64,000 bases of DNA from a bacterium (GTDB taxonomy: Bacteria; Hinthialibacterota; Hinthialibacteria; Hinthialibacterales; Hinthialibacteraceae): contig CAXXSM010000092.1 in assembly GCA_963663405.2 (NCBI GenBank), positions 1 through 64,000 on the forward strand, written 5' to 3'. How positions within the stretch are numbered: the stretch's first letter is position 1; each line of letters opens with the position of its first letter. Positions 53,342-63,154 of this stretch are shown here, in pieces. The position numbers and the translations under genes were made by a program. The notes under the pieces were generated by a model that made no database searches, was not told where the DNA came from, and saw only the letters and a list, made by a program, of their open reading frames with translations.

Positions 53342-54985
53342 TCAACCGAGAATCGCTTCCAGATCGACTTCCACCGTGGCGGCGGGCATGATATTAAAAT
53401 TGTCGATCAACACTTGTAAAACAGCCGGTGTCAAAAACGCGGGCAGACTCGGTCCCAAACGGATATTCTTGATACCCAAATGCAGAAGTGTCAACAAAAT
53501 ACAAACCGCTTTCTGTTCGTACCAAGACAGAATCATCGATAAAGGCAAGTCGTTCACACCACAATCAAACGCGCCCGCCAGCGCAACGGCGATCTGGATG
53601 GCGGAATAGGCGTCATTGCATTGACCGATATCGAGCAAACGGGGAATCCCGTCAATATCGCCGAACTCAAGTTTGTTGAAACGATATTTCCCACAAGCTA
53701 ATGTGAGAATCACGCAATCATCCGGGACCTGTTCCGCGAATTCCGTGTAATAATTCCTGCCTGGTTTCGCGCCGTCACAACCGCCGATCAGGAAGAAATG
53801 CCTTATTTTACCGGCTTTGACCGCTTCGATTACTTTGTCCGCCACTCCGAGAACCGCATTATGGCCAAAGCCAACCATAATCGTCTTCTCTTCTTCATCC
53901 GATTCAAATCCAGGCGCGGAAAGCGCCGCTTCAATGACAGGCGTAAAATCGCCATCGTCGATATGCTTGACACCGGGCCAGGCGACGAGTCCACTGGTAA
54001 AGATCCGGTTTTTATACGTCTCCGCCGGTTTTTGTATGCAATTCGTTGTCATCAAAATCGCGCCGGGGAACGCGTCAAATTCTTTTTTCTGATCTTGCCA
54101 CGCGCCGCCGTAATTCCCCACAAGATGTTTGTATTTTTTCAGACCAGGATAAGCCAGACAGGGCAGCATCTCTCCATGTGTATAGACGTTGATTCCTTTG
54201 TCCTCCGTCTGTTGAAGCAGCAAATCAAGATCCTTGAGATCATGTCCCGAAACAAGAATCGCCTTCCCCCGCACCGGTGTAATCCGAACCTGAGCCGGTT
54301 CTGGATGTCCATATGTGTCCGTGTTCGCCTTATCGAGCAGTTCCATGACTTTGAGATTCCACTCTCCCACCTTCAACGCCTTGGCGGTCAGTTCTTCCAC
54401 ATTAGATGGATTCCCAGCGAGAAAGTCGAGTGTCTCATGGAAGAAGTCATACACCGCGTCATCTTCCACATTGAGAATGAGCGCATGATCCGCGTACGCC
54501 GCCGTGCCCTTCAAACCGTACGTAATCAATTCTTGAAGCCCGACAATAGTTTGATCGAGTGTGTTCCAGCGCTTCTCAATTGAAACATCGAGACCTTGAT
54601 TCACGAGTCCTTCGATATCTGCGGCGGGTGTCCAGGTGGCGGGACCGGACAGCGTTTCAGGCGAACATCCTTCCCTTCCACACGCCTCTTCATACAGGCG
54701 TTTCGCCTTGCCTAGCAATTCCGACGCTTGGAGAAGAAATTCACGAATGCGTTCCGGATCGAAATTGACGTTAGTCACCGTCGTGAACAAGGCTTCGATC
54801 ACAAACACGTCAATCGCGCGATCTCTCACACCCAATTTCCCCGCCCGGTGAGCGTACATGGAAATCCCCTTCACCGCATGGACTAACAAATCCTGCAATG
54901 CGGCGGTCTCCGGCTGTTTACCACAAACGCCAACGACCGTACATCCCGTATCTTTCGCTCTTTGTTCACACTGGAAACAGAACAT
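53342..54985 (-). CDS. hcp: Hybrid cluster protein (hydroxylamine/NO reductase)
   Basis: MFCFQCEQ..CTVVGVCGK, SGHDL, YTHGEML, TTNC, GGCDG, LACGK, GQCNDAYS, SWYEQKA. Confidence 0.98.
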   Translation of the reverse strand: MFCFQCEQRAKDTGCTVVGVCGKQPETAALQDLLVHAVKGISMYAHRAGKLGVRDRAIDVFVIEALFTTVTNVNFDPERIREFLLQASELLGKAKRLYEEACGREGCSPETLSGPATWTPAADIEGLVNQGLDVSIEKRWNTLDQTIVGLQELITYGLKGTAAYADHALILNVEDDAVYDFFHETLDFLAGNPSNVEELTAKALKVGEWNLKVMELLDKANTDTYGHPEPAQVRITPVRGKAILVSGHDLKDLDLLLQQTEDKGINVYTHGEMLPCLAYPGLKKYKHLVGNYGGAWQDQKKEFDAFPGAILMTTNCIQKPAETYKNRIFTSGLVAWPGVKHIDDGDFTPVIEAALSAPGFESDEEEKTIMVGFGHNAVLGVADKVIEAVKAGKIRHFFLIGGCDGAKPGRNYYTEFAEQVPDDCVILTLACGKYRFNKLEFGDIDGIPRLLDIGQCNDAYSAIQIAVALAGAFDCGVNDLPLSMILSWYEQKAVCILLTLLHLGIKNIRLGPSLPAFLTPAVLQVLIDNFNIMPAATVEVDLEAILG

Positions 54986-55010
54986 TTTTTTAATTCCTCC
55001 CGGCTTTTTG

Positions 55011-55508
55011 TTAAGCAAACTGTTGCAAAGCTATCTGCGTTCCTGTTTTGGTTTTGAAGATCTTATTGATGAATGCGCGAAATTGATCTTTATCTTTATC
55101 CAGCTTCTCGTCAGCCAGATTCACCAACCAATCCGCATCCCATAGAATCCGAAATTCCAACGTGTCGATATCCCGCGCGCTGTGATGGTTCGCAATGATG
55201 CGGCAAACATGATCGATCGTCGATTCATCCATCTCATTTTCCATCATGATCCGCCGGGCGATTGGAGGGCCTTCAATCTCTTGATACCGTCCGGCGGAGG
55301 AGCCATGAACACGCTCCGCTTCATGAATCCCGATATCATGCAGAATCGCCGCGGCTACGATTGTGAGTTGGTCTCCACCTTCATTCCCGTAAATCTCCAA
55401 CGCGTATTGCAACACATTCAAGGCATGATTGATCCGGCGCTGGTCTGAGCCAAATAATTCTCTCATCGCATGGTTAAGATGTGTTTCAACAGATGGATCC
55501 CTGCGCAC
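55011..55508 (-). CDS. HD-domain protein
   Basis: RINHAL, ILHDIG, NHH, DAD. Confidence 0.88.
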   Translation of the reverse strand: MRRDPSVETHLNHAMRELFGSDQRRINHALNVLQYALEIYGNEGGDQLTIVAAAILHDIGIHEAERVHGSSAGRYQEIEGPPIARRIMMENEMDESTIDHVCRIIANHHSARDIDTLEFRILWDADWLVNLADEKLDKDKDQFRAFINKIFKTKTGTQIALQQFA

Positions 55509-56290
55509 TATGTCTCCTTAGAAGGTATGATTTGCTTGTTTTGACAAATCTCACCACGAATACTGATCTTGACTGGCTTCAGTGGAATCTCTTTTCCCGA
55601 TTGTTCCAACGCTTGCTTGACGACCTGAAGCAATCCAAAGCAACAGGGAACTTCCATATAGGCGATTTCGATGGATTCGACATCATTCATCTGAAAAATT
55701 TGAAGCAATTTATCGTGATAAAATTCAAGATCATCCAGTTTGGGACAACCGATCAAAAGTATCCGCCCATCAAGCATCGTCCGGTGAAAATCCGCATACG
55801 CGAACGGAACGCAATCAGCGGCGATTAAGAGTTTCGCCCCTCGCAGATACGGCGCAGTAACCGGAACAAGACGTAATTGCACAGGCCAGTTGGAGAGAGT
55901 TGAAGAAGCCGCGCCCAGCGCCGGTTCCTTTTGAGCGCTTTCTTTGACCGGGCGCAGCGTCAGAGACATCGAACCAGGACAACGAAAAGATGGCAATCCA
56001 TGCTGTGTTTCAGGTTGAGAATCCGGCGCCGCCTGTTTTCCATTTTCTCCGGTGAGATGGCGCTTGACCGCTTCAGGATCATATTCATCCACGAGCCGCT
56101 CTTCCATACTGATCGCCCCCTGGGGACAATCACCCAAACAGGCGCCCAGCCCATCACAAAGATTCTCACCTACGAGGCGGGCTTTTCCATCAACGATCTG
56201 GATCGCGCCTTCCGCGCAGGCCGGAACGCACTGTCCGCATCCATCACATTTTTCTTCATCAATTTTGACGATCGTTCTTCTTCGAACCAT
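55508..56290 (-). CDS. 4Fe-4S ferredoxin-domain protein (hcp-associated type)
   Basis: CDGCGQCVPAC, CDGLGACLGDCP, CPGS, WPVQL, AADC, GCPKLD, MEVPCC. Confidence 0.9.
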   Translation of the reverse strand: MVRRRTIVKIDEEKCDGCGQCVPACAEGAIQIVDGKARLVGENLCDGLGACLGDCPQGAISMEERLVDEYDPEAVKRHLTGENGKQAAPDSQPETQHGLPSFRCPGSMSLTLRPVKESAQKEPALGAASSTLSNWPVQLRLVPVTAPYLRGAKLLIAADCVPFAYADFHRTMLDGRILLIGCPKLDDLEFYHDKLLQIFQMNDVESIEIAYMEVPCCFGLLQVVKQALEQSGKEIPLKPVKISIRGEICQNKQIIPSKET

Positions 56291-56352
56291 GGATTTAACT
56301 GCATCCTTACTGATGTTTGTACCTAATTTGTACCTAATAAATACAAATCAAT

Positions 56353-56368
56353 AGCATAATTCATTCCA
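56353..56368 (-). promoter_or_regulatory. Putative sigma54 (-24/-12) promoter of the hcp operon
   Basis: Minus strand TGGAATGAATTATGCT gives GG-N10-GC, about 60 bp upstream of the ATG at 56290. Confidence 0.55.
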
Positions 56369-56584
56369 ACAATGAAAAAGAGATAAGAATTAACTCTAAT
56401 ATACTTAAAAATAAGAACTTAAATATTTGATTGGATAAGGAGAAGAAAAAAATTCAAAATACAAGATCAAGACGCTAATAAAACACTGTCAAACGAAATC
56501 TATTTATCCGTCGACTTAGAAAATCGATATAACAATATTTTATTGCGTTAAAAAGGATAGTTTACTCAATGGATGGAAGAATAA

Positions 56585-56638
56585 TGTCTCATTATCAATA
56601 CACACTCATAATGAGACAGATATAATATTAATGAGACA
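56585..56638. promoter_or_regulatory. Three TAATGAGACA boxes (one inverted); putative enhancer-binding-protein sites
   Basis: tgtctcatta 56585-56594; taatgagaca 56609-56618 and 56629-56638. Confidence 0.5.
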
Positions 56639-56710
56639 ACCAAAAAGAGAATACTATAGAATCCCGTCCGTTAATAAACAAACCAACCAGATTCCCCTAT
56701 ACTCCAAAGG

Positions 56711-58195
56711 TTATTTCGCATATCGAGATTTAAATTCCTGCTGCCGTCTCAAACGTTCGGCTTTTTCTTCTGGATCCATCTTGTTATTAAACCACTGATG
56801 GTTTTTATGATTGAAGATTTCCTCAATTCGCTTTTCGAGCGCTTTAGCCGCTTCGACTTTTTTCGGATCATCTGAATGAAGCCCCTTTTCAACGAGTTCT
56901 TCCAATTCGGGGATCAATTCCGTGTAGAAGTTCCGGGCGATTTCATAGGTCCCATGCCAGTGGGTAATATCCGGTCCCATCATCGAAGCGCCGTGACGCG
57001 CCCGCCGGCCTTCGTGATGCCACAATTCAAACCAAGTAAAGTCAATTTTATTGGAGAAATTCGCCGGACGCAAAAGCGGGGCGGCCAACTCCATAAGTTC
57101 AATTCCCGGGCTGGCGAATTTCTCATGATAGAGATCGATCAGCCCATCGTATTGCATGTAGAATCCATCCACAAAGTTTCGATTATGGCAATTTAGGCAG
57201 ACATCGATCATATTGTTCCGCCGTGTCTCCCAACCGGTGGAAGCGCCTTTCAATCCCATTTTCAAATCACTGACTTCCGGCCGGATGGAAATAATCGGGC
57301 GGTTATTCCACGAAATCCGCATCCCCACATCATGGCTGACCGGCTGATTTTTTGTGGCCGACATGTGACATGTCGAACATGTCGGCGCCGCTGAATAATC
57401 TTCACCGACCACCCACTTCGCGTTACCCATATTCATTTTCGAATGATGCGCGCGGAATGCCACACCATGTTTAGATTCGTTATAAATCTCAATCTGTGGA
57501 TGGTCCGGCCCCATATGACATTTCCCACAGTTTTCTGGATTGCGCACCTGTTCCACGGAAAATTCATGCCGTGAATGGCAGGCCGTACAAGATCCTTCGC
57601 TTCCATCAGGATTGATTCGCCCGATGCCTGTATTCGGCCAAGTCGCTGGATCCAATTTTCCTCCCAGTAAAACCTTCACCTCACTTCCATGGCATTGCCA
57701 ACACCCATTCACTGCCGCGGCGGAGACGCCCTTTGGAAATCCAACGGTTTTAAGTCCACGATTCCCCTCCACGACTTCAGCCAAGACATTATCAAGCGAT
57801 CCCATAATACGGCCCGCTTTGGCGTGATGAGAATTCGTAAATTCATCCACCTCGCGTTCATGACAACGGGCGCAGTCACGAGGACTTACAATGATCGAGA
57901 TCAATTTCCCGGTTTGAGTCGTTCCATCTTTCAACACAACATCATGTTGAAGCGCATCCGGATCCCCCTCTTCGGCCATATGACACTCATAACAACCAAT
58001 GTTCGCGCGGAAATGTTTGCTGGCGCCCCATTGTTCATACACAGATGGCGTTTCTACTTTATGACAGTCGATACAAACCTTCGATTCAGGAGAGAGCGCC
58101 TTAGGCGAAAACGCCGCATACACTGCCGGATACGATAAAACCGGGAATGCAAGCGCCGCGAAGATTCGAATGAAACATCTTGACGATCGATTCAT
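56711..58195 (-). CDS. Octaheme cytochrome c, HAO family (probably reductive type)
   Basis: 8 CxxCH motifs (CIDCH, CYECH, CARCH, CWQCH, CTACH, CGKCH, CSTCH, CLNCH); GPDHPQIEIYNESKHG; signal peptide. Confidence 0.9.
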   Translation of the reverse strand: MNRSSRCFIRIFAALAFPVLSYPAVYAAFSPKALSPESKVCIDCHKVETPSVYEQWGASKHFRANIGCYECHMAEEGDPDALQHDVVLKDGTTQTGKLISIIVSPRDCARCHEREVDEFTNSHHAKAGRIMGSLDNVLAEVVEGNRGLKTVGFPKGVSAAAVNGCWQCHGSEVKVLLGGKLDPATWPNTGIGRINPDGSEGSCTACHSRHEFSVEQVRNPENCGKCHMGPDHPQIEIYNESKHGVAFRAHHSKMNMGNAKWVVGEDYSAAPTCSTCHMSATKNQPVSHDVGMRISWNNRPIISIRPEVSDLKMGLKGASTGWETRRNNMIDVCLNCHNRNFVDGFYMQYDGLIDLYHEKFASPGIELMELAAPLLRPANFSNKIDFTWFELWHHEGRRARHGASMMGPDITHWHGTYEIARNFYTELIPELEELVEKGLHSDDPKKVEAAKALEKRIEEIFNHKNHQWFNNKMDPEEKAERLRRQQEFKSRYAK

Positions 58196-58297
58196 GACTC
58201 AAGGCCTCCGATGTCAGAGTATGGGTACAAAAGATAAAAAAAATCTATGCGCAAAATCAGTAAAACTATTGTCAAAGTAGAAAGACTAACAAATCTT

Positions 58298-59532
58298 TTA
58301 ATCCTCTTTTTTGAACTCACCCGAAACAATAGGAAGCGCCAGCCGCAGCATCCAGCTGAAAAGCAAAATTCCAAACGCCCAGATTCCTATACAAATCTGT
58401 ATTTCATTTAGGGTAGGAACATACTCGACAATTTCCCCTAATGGCGTCGGCAGGAAACCCGGTACAATCATCCCAGGCCCTTTTTCAATCCAGATCCCAA
58501 CGAAAGCGAGAGCACACGCCAGATTCAGCCATCTGATTTGATTGGCTAGAATCGGTGTCACAAGAATCACTGCTGCAATCGTTTCCATGAGCAAGGCGCT
58601 CCAGATCCAAGGCACAAGAGCGTTGTGCCCATGCAAACCGAAGAAAAGATATTGAGCGCTGGAAGAATGCAGCGATGCGCTATAAAACTCTTTAAACGCT
58701 TCGCAGCCTAATAGAAATAGATTGATCAGCAGAGAGATTGTCACGATCTGACGAAGAAGATGCAGCGCTTTGTCGCCGATGTTGTAATTGGATATGCGCC
58801 GGATAATCTGAAACGCGAGAATCATCAATCCCGGACCGGCGGTAAACGCCGAACCGAGAAAACGCGGCGCGACAATCGCGGCGTTCCAAAACGGACGCCC
58901 AACCAATCCAACATAAAGAAACGCAGTAACAGTATGAATGGAGACCGCCCATAGAATCGAAAGAAAGACGAATGGCATATATAACCACGGATTCGGTTTC
59001 CGGCCTAAATAGGTCATATAGAGAAGATAACCGCAAACATGTACGTTTATCAAAAGATAACCGTTCAAAACCACCACATCCCAGCTCAGCATTGAAATCG
59101 GAAAATTGAATAAGCCAATGACAGGAATCATATGCCAAAACCGATCGGGGCGCCCCAAGTCAACGATTACGAATAAAAGACACATAATGATCGCCGCTAC
59201 TGCGAGCAGTTCTCCAAAGATCACAACAGTTATGCATCTCACGAATTCGATAAATATACGCTGGAATAACTAGCATTACAGCCGCGGCCGCCATTCCAAC
59301 GAGAAACGTGAAATTGGCGATGTAGATCCCCCACGAAACCTGATCGGTCATTCCCGTAGTAATCAATCCCCCGGCCAGCTGCGTGCAGTAAGCCCGCAAT
59401 CCAAAGGAACGAGAGAAGGGTCAGAAAAATCATCCACAAAAAGAACGCCCACCCGCCACGGAAACTAAGCCGGGACGCCCGGTAGAGGAAAAGGCTGTAA
59501 TCTTTGATTGCGCCGCTAACTTCACCTGCCAC
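58298..59532 (-). CDS. NrfD/DsrP-type quinol-oxidising membrane subunit (two frameshifts)
   Basis: TGMTDQVSWGIYIANFTFLVG, VDLGRPDRFWH, SIHTVTAF and WIEKG spread over ORFs 59239-59607, 59160-59399 and 58298-59242. Confidence 0.85.
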
Positions 59533-59563
59533 GTCAAATCCTTTATTCCAAAGTCCGATCGTT

Positions 59564-60539
59564 TTAAGCGTCAAACCAATAATAAAAACGGGGGATGGTT
59601 CCCGCATCCTCTTTCAATACATAGACTCTCTTTTCATCCAGGATATAGCGGATAGGACTCTCCGCATCCAATAGATTGCCGAACTGCCGCGCTCCCGTTG
59701 GACACGCTTCCACACATTTTGGGTACCAATCCCCGCCGCACACGTTGCAGACAGAACGTGCATTTCTCCATCGTCCCGCGGGGACGGATTCGATTGCTCA
59801 AATAGGCCATCTCTGGATTGATCTCATCTTCCGGTATAGACGGCTCAGAAAAGTTAAAGCGCCGCGCCCAATAGGGACAAGCCGCTTCACAATAACGGCA
59901 GCCGATACACCAGTTATAATCCACGACGACAATCCCGTCTTTCTCCTTCCACGTAGCGCGAACCGGACAGGCCTTCACACACGGTGGATTGTCACACTGG
60001 TGACATTGAACCGGCATATAGTAAAATCCTTCCGCGTTCACGCTATCCACGCCATAGTAGTGATTCGATTTCTCGACATCGATCGTGCCCTTGGGCATTT
60101 GCAGAACGCGGATGTATTGGATCGCAGGATCGCGCGACTGGTTGTTTTCCTCAACACAGGCGTAGACGCAGCGGCGGCAGCCGACGCACCGGCCGATATT
60201 CAGCGCGTAAGCGAATTGAACACCCGGCGCCGGTTTTGGATCTTCAATGTGAACCTCTTTTCCATGGCGTTCCCGGATCTCTTTTTCCAACCGCTGAAGA
60301 ATCTTCTCCATCGCCTCCGGCGTAAGACGTTCGTATTGCTGTTGCACAAACGCCTCTAAATCCGTGTCGTTATCAAACTGGGTCAGCGGTTCAAGAGCCG
60401 CGCCCAAACCACAGGCGAAAAATGCGCCGAACGAACCGAGTTTGATAAAACTGCGCCGTTCCAAAGACTCCTTCGAGCCGGGGATGTATGATTTTCGATC
60501 CTGTGACTTTGATGGATCGTTCTGTGTTGGATCGTTCAT
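59564..60539 (-). CDS. NrfC/DsrO-type 4Fe-4S protein, Tat-exported (frameshift near 59718)
   Basis: RRSFIK; CVGCRRC, CHQCDNPPCVKACP, CIGCRYCEAACP, CTFC; the shifted frame gives CVEACPTGARQFG..GTIPRFYYWFDA*. Confidence 0.9.
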
Positions 60540-61154
60540 CGATGAGATCCTTCCTGCGCATGCCCTCCGGCGCTGGAGGGACCCGGCATAGGTATAAGCG
60601 TTGGAAATGCTGGCGCATGGGGATCATGGCATTGAATACACAGGATTCGGGTTCGTTTTCCCTGCGTCCGATCCCAATACCCCACTCATCCGCCCATGCG
60701 CCCCAGCCTTCCAATCACGGTAAACCAGGCCATGACATTTCGCGCAGAGTTCCGCGGGCCGATCGCTCGGGATTTCCTTTCCATCGTGTGTAATGTACGC
60801 GTCCCGGTTGGCCGCATGGTGGCAGTTCAAACAATAGTCGTTCCGGCCATGATCAAGCCGCAGGTCCACATGTTCCGCCACTAATTTTCGTTGTTCCAAA
60901 GGCGATTGGAACAACCGATGGCATTCATTACAGTGATAAACAAATCCACCCCGCCGCAGCCGAAGCGGTTTCCATTCCCCACGAATGGGCCTGTAATCCA
61001 CTTTGAGAACGATTGATTGAGAAGAAGAAGATTGAAAATCGTCGGTTACAAAAGAAAAGACGGATTGGCTCAAAACGATTACGCCAATAGACACAACTAG
61101 GATGGAAAACCACCGCCGTTTACAAAATACAAAAAGTGAGCGCGTTTCCATCAT
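60536..61154 (-). CDS. Membrane-anchored tetraheme cytochrome c (frameshift near 60682)
   Basis: CNECH, CLNCH, CAKCH; the shifted frame gives YWDRTQG..CIQCHDPH and a TGA overlapping the next ATG. Confidence 0.82.
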
Positions 61155-61260
61155 CTATCCCTTCCCCAAAGGAAAACCGGTAATCATGCGCGCCGCTCGT
61201 AGATTCCTTACGGAGAGTATACACTATTTTGAATGGAATTCTTTTATTGAATTCTTATTT

Positions 61261-61276
61261 TGGTATACTAATACCA
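61261..61276. promoter_or_regulatory. Palindrome TGGTAT-N4-ATACCA in the divergent promoter region (putative Rrf2 site)
   Basis: Inverted repeat between the cytochrome operon and the Rrf2 gene. Confidence 0.45.
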
Positions 61277-61302
61277 CAATACCACTTATCGAGTCAAGCA
61301 AG

Positions 61303-61727
61303 ATGTCAACAATTTTGAATTTTTCTGACGCTGTTTCTCTAGCATTGCATTCTATGGGGATTATGGCGGGAAAAAAGGACTGCTTTTTTCGAACCGGCGC
61401 GATTGCCAAACAACTCGCAGTTTCCGAGCATCATCTTCAAAAAGTCCATCAAAGACTATCGAAAGCCGGATTGCTCCATTCGGCTCGTGGTCCTAAGGGA
61501 GGATTTTCGTTAAACAAACCGGCGGAGGAAATTACCCTTCTTGAAATTGTAGAAGCGATTGAAGGGCCCTTCGATCCCTCACCATGTTTTCTGAACAAAT
61601 CTCCCTGTCCGGACTGTGCATCTTCAAAAATCTAATCGGTCAGGTCAATGATCTGGTCATGGAAAATTTAAAAACCGTCACGATCGACCGACTGGCTGAC
61701 CGAAGTTTTATCATGAAACCTAAATAG
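61303..61727 (+). CDS. Rrf2 family transcriptional regulator (frameshift near 61612)
   Basis: LALHSM, IAKQLAVSEHHLQKV, SARGPKGGF, ITLLEIVEAIEG; three Cys (CFLNKSPC..CIF) after frame repair. Confidence 0.88.
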
Positions 61728-61736
61728 GAAGGAATA

Positions 61737-62097
61737 ATGTTCTTTTCTTTTCTAATCGATTGGATCCCAAAACTTCAGAGATCTAAACAGAATAAATCGA
61801 AAACCGTCGATAAAGATATCGAGACACTTCGTGTGTTTATTGGAGTCTACTGCCTAAAGAATTCATATAAGCAAGGAAGATAAAGACCTTTGCCCGGATT
61901 GTGAAACACTGTTCCAATACGCCTGCAAACGGAGAGAATTATGCCCATACGATCCCAAACCAGCATGCAAACAATGCAAGACCCATTGCTATAAATCAGA
62001 ATATAGGGAGCAAATTCGGAAGGTGATGAAGTTTTCCGGAATCTATTTCGTCAAGCGGGGCCGCTTGGATTGGTTGATTAGATATTTTCTACGATAA
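61737..62097 (+). CDS. YgbA family (nitrous oxide-stimulated promoter) protein, absent from the ORF track; frameshift near 61862
   Basis: IETLRVFIGVYC..LCPDCETLFQYACKRRELCPYDPKPACKQCKTHCYKSEYREQIRKVMKFSG. Confidence 0.85.
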
Positions 62098-62133
62098 AAG
62101 CCATACGAATAACACTATTGCGTATGCGCGCAA

Positions 62134-63154
62134 TCAGTAACTATCATCCGTCAATTCAACTTTACCCACGAATACGGAATAAACATATGCGGTATATGCG
62201 AGAACAAGCGGCACACCGATCAGCGCGATGATGAACATCACCCATAAAGTAAGTGGCGAGGAAGAAGCGTTGTAAGCGGTTAGGCTGTAGTTTAAATCAA
62301 TGCTGGAAGGGAGCATACGGGGATACAAAGGCTGACACCGGCGATCCCAATCACCGAGAGAATCACAGCCGAGGAAGAAAGGAAAGTACGCAGATGCAGT
62401 CCCGCTTTCCTCGCTATTGGAAGATAGACCAAACTGGCAATCAATACTAAAAAGAACAACCAGAAAAGGGGCTTGACTAGTAGACCTTCAAAAAGATATG
62501 GAGAAACAAAAAAGGCTGAGACCGTCGCGACCACGTAAAGCGAAACAAACGCGATCCCATGCGTTGTCAACCCACCATTCCATCCGTTTCTGCAGATCCC
62601 CTTCCGTTTTCACCGTCATATAGGCCGCGCCCTGCATCACGATCAGAACTAAACTGAGAACGCCGCATAAAAGCGCAAAGGGATTCAGAAGAGAGAGAAA
62701 TGGAACGTAAAGAACACCCTCCGCGTCAATAGGAACTCCTCGAAGAACATTGCCAACCGCCACACCATAGAGAACCGCGGGAATTAAGCTCCCCAATCCA
62801 AACGCCATTCCCCATAAAACCCGCCATGAGGAATTATTAACTTTACCGTAAAATTCAAGCGACACCGCCCGGACAATCAACGCGAAGAGCAAAAGCATAA
62901 ACGCGAGATAAAATCCGCTGAACGCGGTCGCATACACAATAGGGAATGCGGCGAATAACGCCGCCGCCGCCGGTAAGCAGCCAAACTTCGTTACCATCCC
63001 AAACGGGGCCGATGGCGTTTATATGGATGCGCCGTTCTCGATTTCCGTGAGCGAAAAGGCTGAGCGCGCCAACCCCTAGATCAAAACCATCGAGAATCGC
63101 GTAACCGGTGATTAACACACCGATCAAGAGGTACCAGATCGTATTTAAATCCAT
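62134..63154 (-). CDS. cydB: Cytochrome bd oxidase subunit II (several frameshifts)
   Basis: LDGFDLGVG, IGPVWDGNEVWL, FAAFP, VGNVLRGVP, YPRMLPSS..LTAYNASSS across four ORFs. Confidence 0.92.

Noticed and set aside
53798-54583. Long antisense or alternative-frame ORFs (also 59676-60359, 42802-43503, 12506-13141, 32051-32695)
   Set aside because: They are shadows of well-supported genes and carry no motifs.
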